Positions 1 to 9,197 of a DNA stretch of 64,000 nt are shown here, one piece after another. Numbering within the stretch: the stretch's first letter is position 1; each line of letters starts with the position of its first letter. The DNA lies in the NCBI GenBank assembly GCA_965368335.1, contig CBDUMN010000004.1:1166-65165 (forward strand), given 5' to 3'. The translations under genes were made by a program, and so were the position numbers. A model generated the notes under the pieces. It ran no database searches, had not been told where the DNA came from, and saw nothing but the letters and a program-made list of their open reading frames with translations. The stretch comes from an uncultured Rhodospirillales bacterium (lineage in GTDB: Bacteria > Pseudomonadota > Alphaproteobacteria > Rhodospirillales > JAPHRK01).

Positions 1-1201
1 ACTGGTATTCGGGCGGAGAAATGTCTTCCGGACCGGAACACCAAGCGCCGCAACCAGTGGCGTGCGAACCCATAACATAAGGCTCGGACGTGGTCAGTTC
101 CGGATTCTCGTATTTGGGGTCCACATCGGTGGCCGCCCAGAGAACGGCCTGACCGACGGTCATGCCGAGGAAGTTGTGCCACCCGATTTCTTCCAGATGA
201 GGATCCTGGAACGAATGCATGGTCACCATGTGGATCGGCCCACGACCAGCGTTCACTTCATTGATCAGCGCGTGGTTACGCAAGCAGGTCGGGATGGGAC
301 GGTGCGTACGGTGTGAAACTTCCGGATCCAGGTATTCCTTACCAACCATTTTCTGCAGGTCGGGGAACCACTTGGATTCGTACTCTTCACCATAGGCGTT
401 CTGCGTATAGGTTTTGAGGTGCAGGAAGTATGCGCCCACCGGGCCATAGCCGTCCTTGAAACGGGCCAGAACGATCCGGTTTTCCATCTGGGTCATTTTG
501 GCGCCAGCATTGATCATCAACGCATAAGCCGACCCGGACGACCAGGGAGCGTACCAGACACGACCAGCGCCTTCACCCACGGAACGCGGCTTGAAGATGT
601 TGGACGCACCGCCCGCACCGCAGATCACGGTTTTGGATTTAAAGACGTGGAAGTTACCCGTACGGACGTTGAAACCGACAGCACCGGCAACCCGGTTTTC
701 TTTGGCTTCGTCCATCAGCAGATGGGTGACGCAGATCCGGTTGAAGACCTTGTCGGCCGACTTCTTGGCGGCTTCAGCCACCAGCGGCTTATAGGACTCA
801 CCGTGGATCATGATCTGCCAACGGCCTTCACGCAGATAGGAACCTTTTTCCTTATCGCGCATGATCGGCATGCCCCACTCTTCGAACTGGTGGACAGCCG
901 AGTCAACGTGGCGCGCCATGTCAAACAGCAGATCCTCGCGCACCATGCCCATCAAGTCGATGCGGGCGTAGCGAACGTGGTCTTCCGGGTTATTCTCGCC
1001 GAAGCGGGTACCCATATAGCAGTTGATGGCGTAGAGGCCCTGTGCAACGGCGCCGGAGCGATCGATATTAGCCTTTTCGGCAATGACGATCTTTTTGTCC
1101 TGGCCCCAGTAACGGGCTTCAAATGCGGCTCCCGTACCGCCGAGGCCGGCCCCGGCGACGAGGATGTCGATATTGTCTTCGACGATTGTTTGATAAGCCA
1201 T
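1..1201 (-). CDS. aprA: adenylylsulfate (APS) reductase alpha subunit, N-terminal ~400 codons; 3' end lies beyond the window start
   Basis: Absent from the ORF track because there is no stop inside the window. Minus-strand ATG at 1201-1199 overlaps the aprB stop (TAATG). My translation begins MAYQTIVEDNIDILVAGAGLGGTGAAFEARYW (FAD GxGxxG fold) and, as far as I read it by hand, shows no stop down to position 1. The aprB-aprA order matches known operons. Confidence 0.85.
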   Translation of the reverse strand, partial: MAYQTIVEDNIDILVAGAGLGGTGAAFEARYWGQDKKIVIAEKANIDRSGAVAQGLYAINCYMGTRFGENNPEDHVRYARIDLMGMVREDLLFDMARHVDSAVHQFEEWGMPIMRDKEKGSYLREGRWQIMIHGESYKPLVAEAAKKSADKVFNRICVTHLLMDEAKENRVAGAVGFNVRTGNFHVFKSKTVICGAGGASNIFKPRSVGEGAGRVWYAPWSSGSAYALMINAGAKMTQMENRIVLARFKDGYGPVGAYFLHLKTYTQNAYGEEYESKWFPDLQKMVGKEYLDPEVSHRTHRPIPTCLRNHALINEVNAGRGPIHMVTMHSFQDPHLEEIGWHNFLGMTVGQAVLWAATDVDPKYENPELTTSEPYVMGSHATGCGAWCSGPEDISPPEYQ

Positions 1202-1683
1202 TAGTAGTACACCCCTTCCTTCATCTTGAGGCCATTCGATTCCAAGGTGTGGATATCGCCATCATCCATGCGGATGTACTTGGGCTCATTAAACAGTAAC
1301 TGGCTGTCGCGCTGCTCCTGGGTCGGAGCGGGAGCGGACTTCAGTTGCGGAATGTGCTTACCCCAGGGCTTCGTGGTGATCGGAGCCAGCAGATTGAGGT
1401 CTTTCTTGCCGTTGCGGAACTTAATGCGCCAGGCAATAACCCCTTTTTCTTCGTCGCGAATGGCGCGAACGCTGTGGCCGAGCGGTGCGAAGTCCGCATA
1501 GCCGCGTACGTCAACGGCGTTTTGCGGGCAGGCCTTCACACAGGAATAGCACTCCCAGCACATATTGGGTTCGATGTTGTAGGCACGGCGGTAGGTCTTG
1601 TCGATGTGCATGATATCGGACGGACAGATGTCAACGCAGTGCCCGCAACCATCGCATCGAGTCATATAGACAAAAGTAGGCAT
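1201..1683 (-). CDS. aprB: adenylylsulfate reductase beta subunit (2x[4Fe-4S])
   Basis: 160 aa with two ferredoxin-type Cys clusters, CDGCGHCVDICP and CWECYSCVKACP, plus the long C-terminal tail typical of AprB. It lies immediately upstream of aprA. Confidence 0.9.
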   Translation of the reverse strand: MPTFVYMTRCDGCGHCVDICPSDIMHIDKTYRRAYNIEPNMCWECYSCVKACPQNAVDVRGYADFAPLGHSVRAIRDEEKGVIAWRIKFRNGKKDLNLLAPITTKPWGKHIPQLKSAPAPTQEQRDSQLLFNEPKYIRMDDGDIHTLESNGLKMKEGVYY

Positions 1684-1728
1684 ATCTCTTTTCCTTCCCT
1701 GTTCGAAAGGCTCTAGCAGGTTGAATTA

Positions 1729-2580
1729 TTAGTAGTGACGGGGCTGTTCGCGCTTGATGCCAAGGCCCATGTAAGACGGGTTGGTTCCCATATATTCAGG
1801 AATATCGGGGAACTTCTTCTGCAACTCAGGATCCGTCAACTCACCCAAATCGGGCAGGTTCTCGCGAGAGCCATCAGCCTTGATGATCCGCTTCTGATAA
1901 GCGGCAGCGGGCTTGAAGAACATATGAGCGAACTTCGACCAGAGAACGCCGCCGAACAGCACGAGGCTAGAGGCAATGAACAGAATGAGGAAAAGCATCG
2001 TCAAAGCGCCGCCACCAGCAGACTGGAACACGGACCAGAGGAAACCGAAGGTCGTGGTGCCAAGCAGCGACAGGATGAACATATCGGCCTTAACGATCCG
2101 GTGCCAGGGAACGCCCTCAGCCGCCACATCCACGCGGATGAAGAACCAGAACCAGTAGCCGCCGAACATAACCATCAAGGCACCCACATGCCACAGCACC
2201 GGCAGGATACCGGGGGTCGCAGATTCGGTGGTCGGAAAACCGAATACCATAATGACGGTCATTAAAAGAAAGGTCACAAAGCCATACATGGTGAAGAGGT
2301 GCGAGATGCGGCGTTTCTGGTTGCAGAATTCAGCCGACGTCAGCACGTCTTGCGCAATGGTTTTGACCAGGATGGCGTTCTTTTCGCCGCCGCTGAGCTC
2401 CCGCTCCCGCGAGGCTTTCGCCTTTTCGGCTTTGTCAAAAAAGTAGGTGGCGCTTTTCTTGTGAATCACATCAAGCACCGTGCCGCCTACGACCAAGATA
2501 AACATCAAAATGACGTATGCCTGGATCAGAGCGGACGGAATCAATGCTGCAAGATCGGCGAATGGATTGCTGGCAAACAT
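1729..2580 (-). CDS. aprM: APS reductase membrane anchor AprM-like protein
   Basis: 283 aa with about 5 hydrophobic helices and a cytoplasmic tail. It sits 45 nt upstream of aprBA on the same strand, the arrangement known from sulfur-oxidizing bacteria that use AprM instead of QmoABC. Confidence 0.7.
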   Translation of the reverse strand: MFASNPFADLAALIPSALIQAYVILMFILVVGGTVLDVIHKKSATYFFDKAEKAKASRERELSGGEKNAILVKTIAQDVLTSAEFCNQKRRISHLFTMYGFVTFLLMTVIMVFGFPTTESATPGILPVLWHVGALMVMFGGYWFWFFIRVDVAAEGVPWHRIVKADMFILSLLGTTTFGFLWSVFQSAGGGALTMLFLILFIASSLVLFGGVLWSKFAHMFFKPAAAYQKRIIKADGSRENLPDLGELTDPELQKKFPDIPEYMGTNPSYMGLGIKREQPRHY

Positions 2581-2942
2581 CTGCCCCTCCCGTGGTGAAA
2601 AATCCGTTTCGTATTTTCTGATGCATTAGAATAATCAAATATTCGAATTTTGCAATAGAATGAATAACTGTTTCCGGTCAAGGGGTTGGTTAGTTGCGAT
2701 TATTTCGCATTTGCATTCCAGCAAAGCCATTAAGGCTTAATAATTGTGGGCATCACAAGGTTTCCCTCCCTACAAAACAACCCTTGAAACATCGATAAAG
2801 GGCAATGGAATGAGGGTTACGTAAGGAATTTTCAGACTGAAAGAAATCGGCGCTGTCTTTATTCTACGCCATGGGAACGAATCAAATTCCATTCTCCCCA
2901 TCAGCTTACAACACCAGATTCGGCGCAGCATATCGGTGACCG

Positions 2943-3710
2943 TTATTGCGTCACAGACCTAAAATATCGGGCCTTAATCGCCTGGGTGCCCCCTTCGCGC
3001 TCCATGGCCTCAAAAGAACGACTGAACGCTTCTTCAAGCGCTTTACCGCACTCGGTCAACTGAAACAGCATGACAACTTCCAGCGCTGAAATCGGGTTTT
3101 CTTTGTCGTAGATAATTTCGCCAGTGAGGCCGGACTTCCTAATCGCTTCGTTGCCCGAAATTTCTTCCAGAACGGCAACCTCGACACGCCCCCGGTTTAA
3201 CATACTCAGATTGATGGCGTCGGCTTGCGCCAACCGGATGAAGTCTATTTCGGGGACTTTGAGCAACGCATCACTATAATAGTATTGAGCAGTAAGGCCG
3301 ACGGCCTTACCTACCAGCTCCTTAATACTCTGCGGCGGCTTTTCACCTTTCCGTACGTAGGCGAAGTTTCTTTTGATCAAGACGGGAACCGATGGATAGC
3401 CGGAGGCGGAAGGATGGCCTTTCGGATGAGGAATCAGAGCATCTGCGCGAAGTCCCTTGAAATAGGCAACGGCCCGTTTTTTCGGGCGAACGGCCATCTT
3501 AATATTGATTTCCGCCCGTCGAGCCGCCTCCTTCGCCATCTCGACAAAAATGCCTCTTTGTTCATTGACCACGAATAGAGGAATTTCTCCGGCCGCGACG
3601 ACAACTTCTTTTTTATCGCGGCACGCATCCGGCATGGCCGCCAAAACCGAACCAAACGGCAATATCCATAATGCCAAAGCACCACTGATTAATCGCAGGC
3701 CAAATGTCAC
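2943..3710 (-). CDS. periplasmic substrate-binding protein, family 3 (amino-acid/polar solute type), orphan
   Basis: 255 aa with an N-terminal signal peptide (LISGALALWILPFGSVLAA). The length and bilobal pattern fit SBP_bac_3. No ABC permease or ATPase lies adjacent. Confidence 0.6.
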   Translation of the reverse strand: MTFGLRLISGALALWILPFGSVLAAMPDACRDKKEVVVAAGEIPLFVVNEQRGIFVEMAKEAARRAEINIKMAVRPKKRAVAYFKGLRADALIPHPKGHPSASGYPSVPVLIKRNFAYVRKGEKPPQSIKELVGKAVGLTAQYYYSDALLKVPEIDFIRLAQADAINLSMLNRGRVEVAVLEEISGNEAIRKSGLTGEIIYDKENPISALEVVMLFQLTECGKALEEAFSRSFEAMEREGGTQAIKARYFRSVTQ

Positions 3711-3792
3711 CAGAGCCCCCCAGCTTTAGTTTGCATATAAAATAGCCCATTCCCAGCGCCCCATAAAGGACCGTCAATCTTTCGACCTGACC

Positions 3793-5286
3793 CTAGGCGA
3801 AATCCCTCCAAAACAATGGCAGAAACACGACAGCCACCGTTAAGTACTCGAGACGACCGACAATCATGCAGATATCCAGTATCCATTTTGCTGAATCGGG
3901 CAATGAGGCGAAATTCCCCGAAGGACCAATCAGCGTTCCCAGTCCTGGGCCGACATTGGAAATGGCGGTGACTGCGGCGCTAATGCTGGTCTCGAAATCA
4001 AGTCCGGCAAATCCGAGAAGAACAGTTGCTCCCGTCAAAAAGACAATGAGCAGGAAGAAAAACACCATGACCGATCCAACGATATCGGCATTCACCGGCT
4101 GATCGTTAAGCCGAGTTTGATAGACCGCATGAGGACTGATCAAGAGCCTCCCCTGACGCACTGCTTCCTTGGCCAACAGCTCAAACCGGAACATCTTGAC
4201 GCCACCCGCCGTTGACCCTGCACACCCACCGACGAACATCAGAAAAAAGAACAAAACGATAGGAAAAGCCCCCCAAAGCGTAAAGTCGCCTGAGGCGAAA
4301 CCAGTTGTCGTAACAATAGACACCACGTTAAACGCCGAGGTCCGCAAGGCATCCAAAGGCGTCATCCCCATTTCACTGACCAGCCAATAAGCCGACAGTA
4401 TGACAGCGACAACAACCAAAGAAACAAAGACTGAAATCTGGCTATCCTCACGCCAGACAGAAAACCGTCTCCGCTTGAAAAACTTGACGTACAAAGCAAA
4501 AGGCAAGCTTCCCAACATCATAAAAACCACCGCCTCCCACTCAATTGCCGCACTATTGAAATGTCCGATAGAGCCGTCGGAGGTGGAAAACCCACCCGTG
4601 GACAAAGTGGTCATGGCGTGAACGGCGGCTTCGAGAGACGTCATGCCGGACATCCAATACAACACGGCGCAAAGGGCCGTCAGGCTGGTATAGGTCACCA
4701 AAATCAGCAGCATGGCATGATAGGCCCGCGGGGCGATTTTCTCGGAGCGATCCGAAGATTCCATTCTATAAAGCTGCATCCCACCAACCCTGAGAAACGG
4801 CAAGACGATCACCGCCATGACGATGATACCAATTCCGCCCATCCATTGAAGAAACGCCCGCCAGATCAACAACCCCGGGGCCATGGCGTCAAGGCCGGAA
4901 AAAACCGTTGACCCTGTTGTCGTCAAGCCGGAAACCGCCTCGAACACCGCATCGGTGAAACTAATTTTCTCAATGGAAAACCAAAATGGCAAAGCAGCGA
5001 CCAGAGGCAAGACAATCCACATGGCGACCGTCACAAGATAGCCTTCACGCAGACTTAAATCGCTTTCTTCATGATGGACGGCGAAAACAATTGCTGCGCC
5101 AAGAATCGTCGCCGCACTGGCCCCTTCCGCAAAGGCCTTCCAGTCGCCATTGCCTGCCAAGGCTTCAACCGTCGCCGGAAGCGCCATAAGAACACCGAAC
5201 ACGACAAGAGTCGCCCCAATTGGAAACAGGACTCTGTTTACACTTGCCCAAGCAGACATATTCCAGTGTTGAACGGATTGCTTCAT
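3793..5286 (-). CDS. trkH: TrkH-family potassium uptake membrane protein
   Basis: 497 aa polytopic protein with repeated M1-P-M2 pore motifs (TTTGST, TLSTGGFST, IVTTTGFAS, ISNVGPG) diagnostic of TrkH/KtrB. Confidence 0.9.
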   Translation of the reverse strand: MKQSVQHWNMSAWASVNRVLFPIGATLVVFGVLMALPATVEALAGNGDWKAFAEGASAATILGAAIVFAVHHEESDLSLREGYLVTVAMWIVLPLVAALPFWFSIEKISFTDAVFEAVSGLTTTGSTVFSGLDAMAPGLLIWRAFLQWMGGIGIIVMAVIVLPFLRVGGMQLYRMESSDRSEKIAPRAYHAMLLILVTYTSLTALCAVLYWMSGMTSLEAAVHAMTTLSTGGFSTSDGSIGHFNSAAIEWEAVVFMMLGSLPFALYVKFFKRRRFSVWREDSQISVFVSLVVVAVILSAYWLVSEMGMTPLDALRTSAFNVVSIVTTTGFASGDFTLWGAFPIVLFFFLMFVGGCAGSTAGGVKMFRFELLAKEAVRQGRLLISPHAVYQTRLNDQPVNADIVGSVMVFFFLLIVFLTGATVLLGFAGLDFETSISAAVTAISNVGPGLGTLIGPSGNFASLPDSAKWILDICMIVGRLEYLTVAVVFLPLFWRDFA

Positions 5287-5434
5287 CGATTATGCATCCC
5301 CTCTTCCCGCCGCGACGGAAAAAGACCGCTGAGAGCAGGAAAGAGTTTCATTCGTTAAGTTGAGAAAATTGCGCCGAAAAGACCGCCCCCTCGCAATACG
5401 AGAACGGCTGTCGAAACAACGATACGCGCCGAGA

Positions 5435-5728
5435 TCAACCTCGGGGCGGACCCGTCGAATGAGGGATTTCAAAATGAAGAAGCGTCTTAACCCGTCTTAA
5501 GGGCGTGGGGTTGAATGAATAATTGTCTTGAGCAACCGTTACCCCCACCCGCCAAACTACCGTCTTTTCGCCGCCATCCGATCCCTTGAGATCATCGGCA
5601 AAATCAGTGGCTAGTTCGCTCTGGTCAAAAGCGGGAAGTAGTCCCGCAATGGCCGGAGCGCCACCAAGTGTGGCGACAATTAGTCCCAGTGTCAAAAGGC
5701 GCAGAAGCGCTTTGAAGCTCAACACCAA
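5435..5728 (-). CDS. small exported hypothetical protein
   Basis: 97-codon ORF with a TTG/GTG start preceded by GAGGAAGG (5733-5740 on the plus strand). It has a clear signal peptide (LLRLLTLGLIVATLGGAPAIAG). I recognise no family. Confidence 0.4.
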   Translation of the reverse strand: MVLSFKALLRLLTLGLIVATLGGAPAIAGLLPAFDQSELATDFADDLKGSDGGEKTVVWRVGVTVAQDNYSFNPTPLRRVKTLLHFEIPHSTGPPRG

Positions 5729-5865
5729 AGGCGGCCTTCCTCAGTTAAAGACGGGTTATATATAGTACGAAACGCCGAGAATGCCCAGACATCCGTTCAA
5801 ACACATTACAAATCAACAAGTTAAGATCAAAAAATTGTGCTTCAATCAACTGGGGACTGCGGTTA

Positions 5866-6933
5866 GTGTTATCCCATCGGAGGAGCGCGGCGGAGGAAAC
5901 ATCTCCCAAGATGTCACAAAGTCTATTTGAGCGCGAAAACAAGCTACTGGACCGCTATCAGGAAATCCTTGATCGTGCGCATGAAAATGACGCTAGCTCT
6001 GCGGTTCCGCCAGAAGAATTTGCCTCTCTGCTAGAGGAATACCGAAAGCTCCTGCGCCAATCGAAACGACTGGTCAAACTCAGCGACCGCAACGAACTCA
6101 CAGCCCGCGAAGCCAATAAGAGTTTAGAGGCGGCCTTGGAAGAGCTAAAGCAGACTCAAGCCGAGCTTGTTCAAGCGGAAAAAATGGCTTCGCTCGGACA
6201 ATTGGTCGCCGGGGTCGCCCATGAGATCAACACGCCGCTCGGCATCATTCTCACGGCCGCCAGTTCCCTGGAGGAAGAAACACGCGGCCTGAAGAAACTA
6301 GCCGAAGACGGTCAGGCCCGGAAATCCGACGTTTTCAAATACTTCGTCCATGCCGAAGAAACGGCCCACTTGATCGCCACTCACGGCAACAACGCCGCTA
6401 CGCTAATCCGTAGCTTCAAGCGGGTTTCCGTCAATCAAAGCCAAAACACCCCGGACAGCTTCGACCTTAAAGCCCTTATCGAAGATACCCTGCGCAGCCT
6501 CGGCCCCCGTTTTAAAGGAACGGGCGTCGACATCTCTCTTGATGTCCCCGAGGGTATTTTCATGCGGTCTTATCCGGGCACTCTGGTTCAGGTCTTGAAT
6601 AATCTGGTGATGAACGCTCTCATTCACGGCTTTGAAAACAGGCATGGGGGCGCCATCACCATCAGCACGGAACCAACGAAGCAAGGTGAAAGCATCGCCC
6701 TTCGGATCGCCGATACGGGCCGGGGCATTACGCCGGAAATTCGGGAGAAAATATTCGACCCCTTCGTCACCACCAAACGAGGACAAGGCGGCAGCGGCCT
6801 CGGCCTCAACATCGTGTTCAACCTGATCACCAGCAAGCTCCAAGGAAAAATTATCCTTGAAGACAGGACGGAAGACGGAACAAGCTTTCTTATGACGCTC
6901 CCCCGGGAGATCGGGACCTCCAAAGAGGATTAG
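5866..6933 (+). CDS. soluble sensor histidine kinase (coiled coil + HisKA + HATPase_c)
   Basis: H-box AGVAHEINTPLG, N-box NLVMNALIHG, G-boxes DTGRGI and GGSGLGL. No TM segments; the N-terminal ~100 aa are coiled-coil-like. The start is uncertain (GTG 5866 or ATG 5911). Confidence 0.85.
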   Translation: MLSHRRSAAEETSPKMSQSLFERENKLLDRYQEILDRAHENDASSAVPPEEFASLLEEYRKLLRQSKRLVKLSDRNELTAREANKSLEAALEELKQTQAELVQAEKMASLGQLVAGVAHEINTPLGIILTAASSLEEETRGLKKLAEDGQARKSDVFKYFVHAEETAHLIATHGNNAATLIRSFKRVSVNQSQNTPDSFDLKALIEDTLRSLGPRFKGTGVDISLDVPEGIFMRSYPGTLVQVLNNLVMNALIHGFENRHGGAITISTEPTKQGESIALRIADTGRGITPEIREKIFDPFVTTKRGQGGSGLGLNIVFNLITSKLQGKIILEDRTEDGTSFLMTLPREIGTSKED

Positions 6934-6936
6934 TAG

Positions 6937-7785
6937 ATGTCTCCAATTGACGACGATTTCTTTCTAGATGACGACGAGCCGGAACAAAAGTCGGCCTCCG
7001 CCCCACCATGGGTCATGCTGATCGTCGACGACGAAGCCGGGGTCCACGACGTCACCAGACTGGCCTTGAAAGACTTTACCTTCAGCGGACGCGGTCTCGA
7101 ATTGGTCAGCGCCTTTACCGGAGAGGAAGCGCTCGAAATTCTGCGCCAGCGCGACGACGTGGCGGTCATCTTGCTCGATGTGGTGATGGAAACCGACCAT
7201 GCGGGGCTCGACTGCGCCCGCCGCATCCGCGACGAGTTGGACAACAGCGACGTACGGATCGTCTTGCGCACCGGCCAGCCGGGCGTCGCACCGGAACGGG
7301 AGGTCATCCTCGGCTACGACATCAACGACTACAAGGCAAAGACCGAGCTGACCGCCCAACATCTCTTCACCACCGTTATCGCCGCCTTGCGCTCCTATGC
7401 GGATATTCAGGAGCTGAACGCCTACCGCAGGGACGCTTACGAGTTGGCGGCCCGGCAGAACAGCCACGAGAGCCAGATACTCGACCTTCTCCCCACGCCG
7501 GTTTTCCACTTCGATTCCCTCGGCGTTATTTCCGGCTGCAACAAGGCTTTTCTCGAATTGCTCAAGGCGGCCAAAGAGGACGTGATCGGGTTCGACTGCT
7601 TGGAGGTGCTGCCCCAGGAAGCCGCCAAGGCTTTCGAAGCCATCGACCTTGGCGCCCTCAAAGAAGGCGACAGGACTGAAGCCACCGTTTCACTGGAAAA
7701 CCGAAACTATCGGTTCTCTCTCGTCGCTTTGACGGGATCGGGCAACCACGACGTCGGCTTTGTGGGGCTTTATCTTGCTGACTAA
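6937..7785 (+). CDS. response regulator: receiver domain + C-terminal PAS-like domain
   Basis: Receiver signature LIVDDE ... ILLDVVM ... VLRTGQ ... DYKAKT, followed by about 110 aa with a PAS-like pattern (ILDLLPTPVFHFDSLGVISGCNKAFLELL). AGAGGA Shine-Dalgarno; starts 3 nt after the kinase stop. Confidence 0.8.
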   Translation: MSPIDDDFFLDDDEPEQKSASAPPWVMLIVDDEAGVHDVTRLALKDFTFSGRGLELVSAFTGEEALEILRQRDDVAVILLDVVMETDHAGLDCARRIRDELDNSDVRIVLRTGQPGVAPEREVILGYDINDYKAKTELTAQHLFTTVIAALRSYADIQELNAYRRDAYELAARQNSHESQILDLLPTPVFHFDSLGVISGCNKAFLELLKAAKEDVIGFDCLEVLPQEAAKAFEAIDLGALKEGDRTEATVSLENRNYRFSLVALTGSGNHDVGFVGLYLAD

Positions 7786-8554
7786 GAACACCGGCGAAGA
7801 GAAAACTCTGATTATCGACCCCATCGGCAATATGGGGCACGTGATTCGCGGGATATTGGCGTCGCTCAATTTCGCGCCGGGCTTTGTCGCAACCAACATC
7901 TACCGCGGCACTCAAATTCTGCGCACCGAAAAAATAAAGATCATTTTCTGCGACGCGGCGACGACGCCCTATAACGGCCTGGCCTATGCCAAAGCCATCC
8001 GCCAGGCCTCAGATTCCAAGTTCCGCGATGTTCCGTTTATCCTCACCTCCGTCGAACCGACGCCGGAGATGATCAAGGCGGCAAGGGATGTCGGCATCAA
8101 CCACGTTCTCGGGAAACCCTGCAGCATCAGCGCCGTTGAGGCCCGGTTGCGACAAATCTTCGAACGAGACATTCCGTTTATCGAAACGGCCTCCTACGTA
8201 GGGCCCGACCGGCGGCGTAGGGACAGAAAAATCGATCTCCCCGACAGACGCAATCCAAACACCGCTATCTTGCCGCCGAACTACGGCACGCCTCTCAACG
8301 AACTTCTGCGACCACCTGAGAAAAAGGCAAAAGCGGTTTCCGGGGAGCAACCAGGAAAAGACGAACGGCTTATCCGGCTGGCCAATCTGAGAGAGGGAAT
8401 GTATTTCACCCGCGATTGCCTGACCCGAGGCGGGTTAATGATCATCGCCAAGAAGCAGCCGTTAAGCGCCAAAGCGATTGGGCGGATCAGAGATTTGGTT
8501 GCCGCGAAGAAGCTGGAAGATGCTTTCTATATCCCCAAGATTTCAGAAGATTGA
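7760..8554 (+). CDS. receiver-like protein with Arg-rich linker and C-terminal domain of unknown function
   Basis: Receiver-like core: LIIDPIG (only one acidic pocket Asp), IIFCDAAT, FILTS, LGKP. Then GPDRRRRDRKIDLPDRR and a ~90-aa tail. No ATG lies upstream of the receiver core, so the start is a non-ATG codon (TTG 7760 or 7775) overlapping the previous gene. Confidence 0.65.
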   Translation: MWGFILLTKNTGEEKTLIIDPIGNMGHVIRGILASLNFAPGFVATNIYRGTQILRTEKIKIIFCDAATTPYNGLAYAKAIRQASDSKFRDVPFILTSVEPTPEMIKAARDVGINHVLGKPCSISAVEARLRQIFERDIPFIETASYVGPDRRRRDRKIDLPDRRNPNTAILPPNYGTPLNELLRPPEKKAKAVSGEQPGKDERLIRLANLREGMYFTRDCLTRGGLMIIAKKQPLSAKAIGRIRDLVAAKKLEDAFYIPKISED

Positions 8555-8567
8555 GGCCGAACTTTCG

Positions 8568-9197
8568 TCAACGATTAAACCGCGGCTTCAAACCGCCCGG
8601 CGACAGACAGCCCTTTTTCACCCTCTCTTCGACCTTCTTGCGAAATTTGGCCATAGAGGCCGTATCGACGATGCGGCGGCTTAAGAATCCCCAGGTTTCC
8701 ACATAACCTTCGGAGTCATCAGCCAGCCAGAACAAGGTGGTGGCGCTCAACACGGCAGCCAGGGTGGCGCGCTTGGTGTAGTAGCTGAAATCGCTCGAGC
8801 GGTCACCCGCCGTCCGCCAAATCAAATCCACCGTGCGCATTTTGATTTTAGCCGCTTGCGGCAGGTTCATCGGCAGCGTGAGATGCCCAATGGCCGCCCG
8901 CCAAGCTTCCTTATGGGCCACACAGGTTTCGATGCGCAGACGCACCAGCCGCTCAACCCGCGGCCCCAGGCCTTTAACTTCTTCGCTGGCGTAAAAGGCA
9001 TCAAGCATCTGCTCGTCGCCCCAGCGGTAAAAAGCATCGATCAGATCGGCCACGCCACCGGGGAAAAGCGCCTGAGCGGTCGCCCGGTCAACGCCGAGAT
9101 CGTCTGCGGCCGCATCGATCACCGTTTTCGACCAGCCATCGAACGGCACATGGCCCAAGGCGGCTTGCAAAAGGGATTGGCGAAGTTCTTCGGTCAT
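8568..9197 (-). CDS. COQ9-family protein (the rpsU-divergently-transcribed protein family)
   Basis: 209 aa helical protein in the conserved position divergent from rpsU. The N-terminal TetR-like fold pattern (LLQAALGHVPFDGWS) is typical of bacterial COQ9 homologues. Confidence 0.7.
   Translation of the reverse strand: MTEELRQSLLQAALGHVPFDGWSKTVIDAAADDLGVDRATAQALFPGGVADLIDAFYRWGDEQMLDAFYASEEVKGLGPRVERLVRLRIETCVAHKEAWRAAIGHLTLPMNLPQAAKIKMRTVDLIWRTAGDRSSDFSYYTKRATLAAVLSATTLFWLADDSEGYVETWGFLSRRIVDTASMAKFRKKVEERVKKGCLSPGGLKPRFNR

Noticed and set aside
419-1204. 261-aa plus-strand ORF at the left edge
   Set aside because: It lies antisense to a reading frame that translates cleanly as AprA (FAD motif, operon position after aprB). 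It has no motifs and its composition is typical of a GC-rich shadow frame.
7008-7679. 223-aa Arg-rich plus-strand ORF
   Set aside because: It is an alternative frame of the receiver-PAS gene. Its extreme Arg/Pro/Gly content is typical of an off-frame in GC-rich coding DNA.
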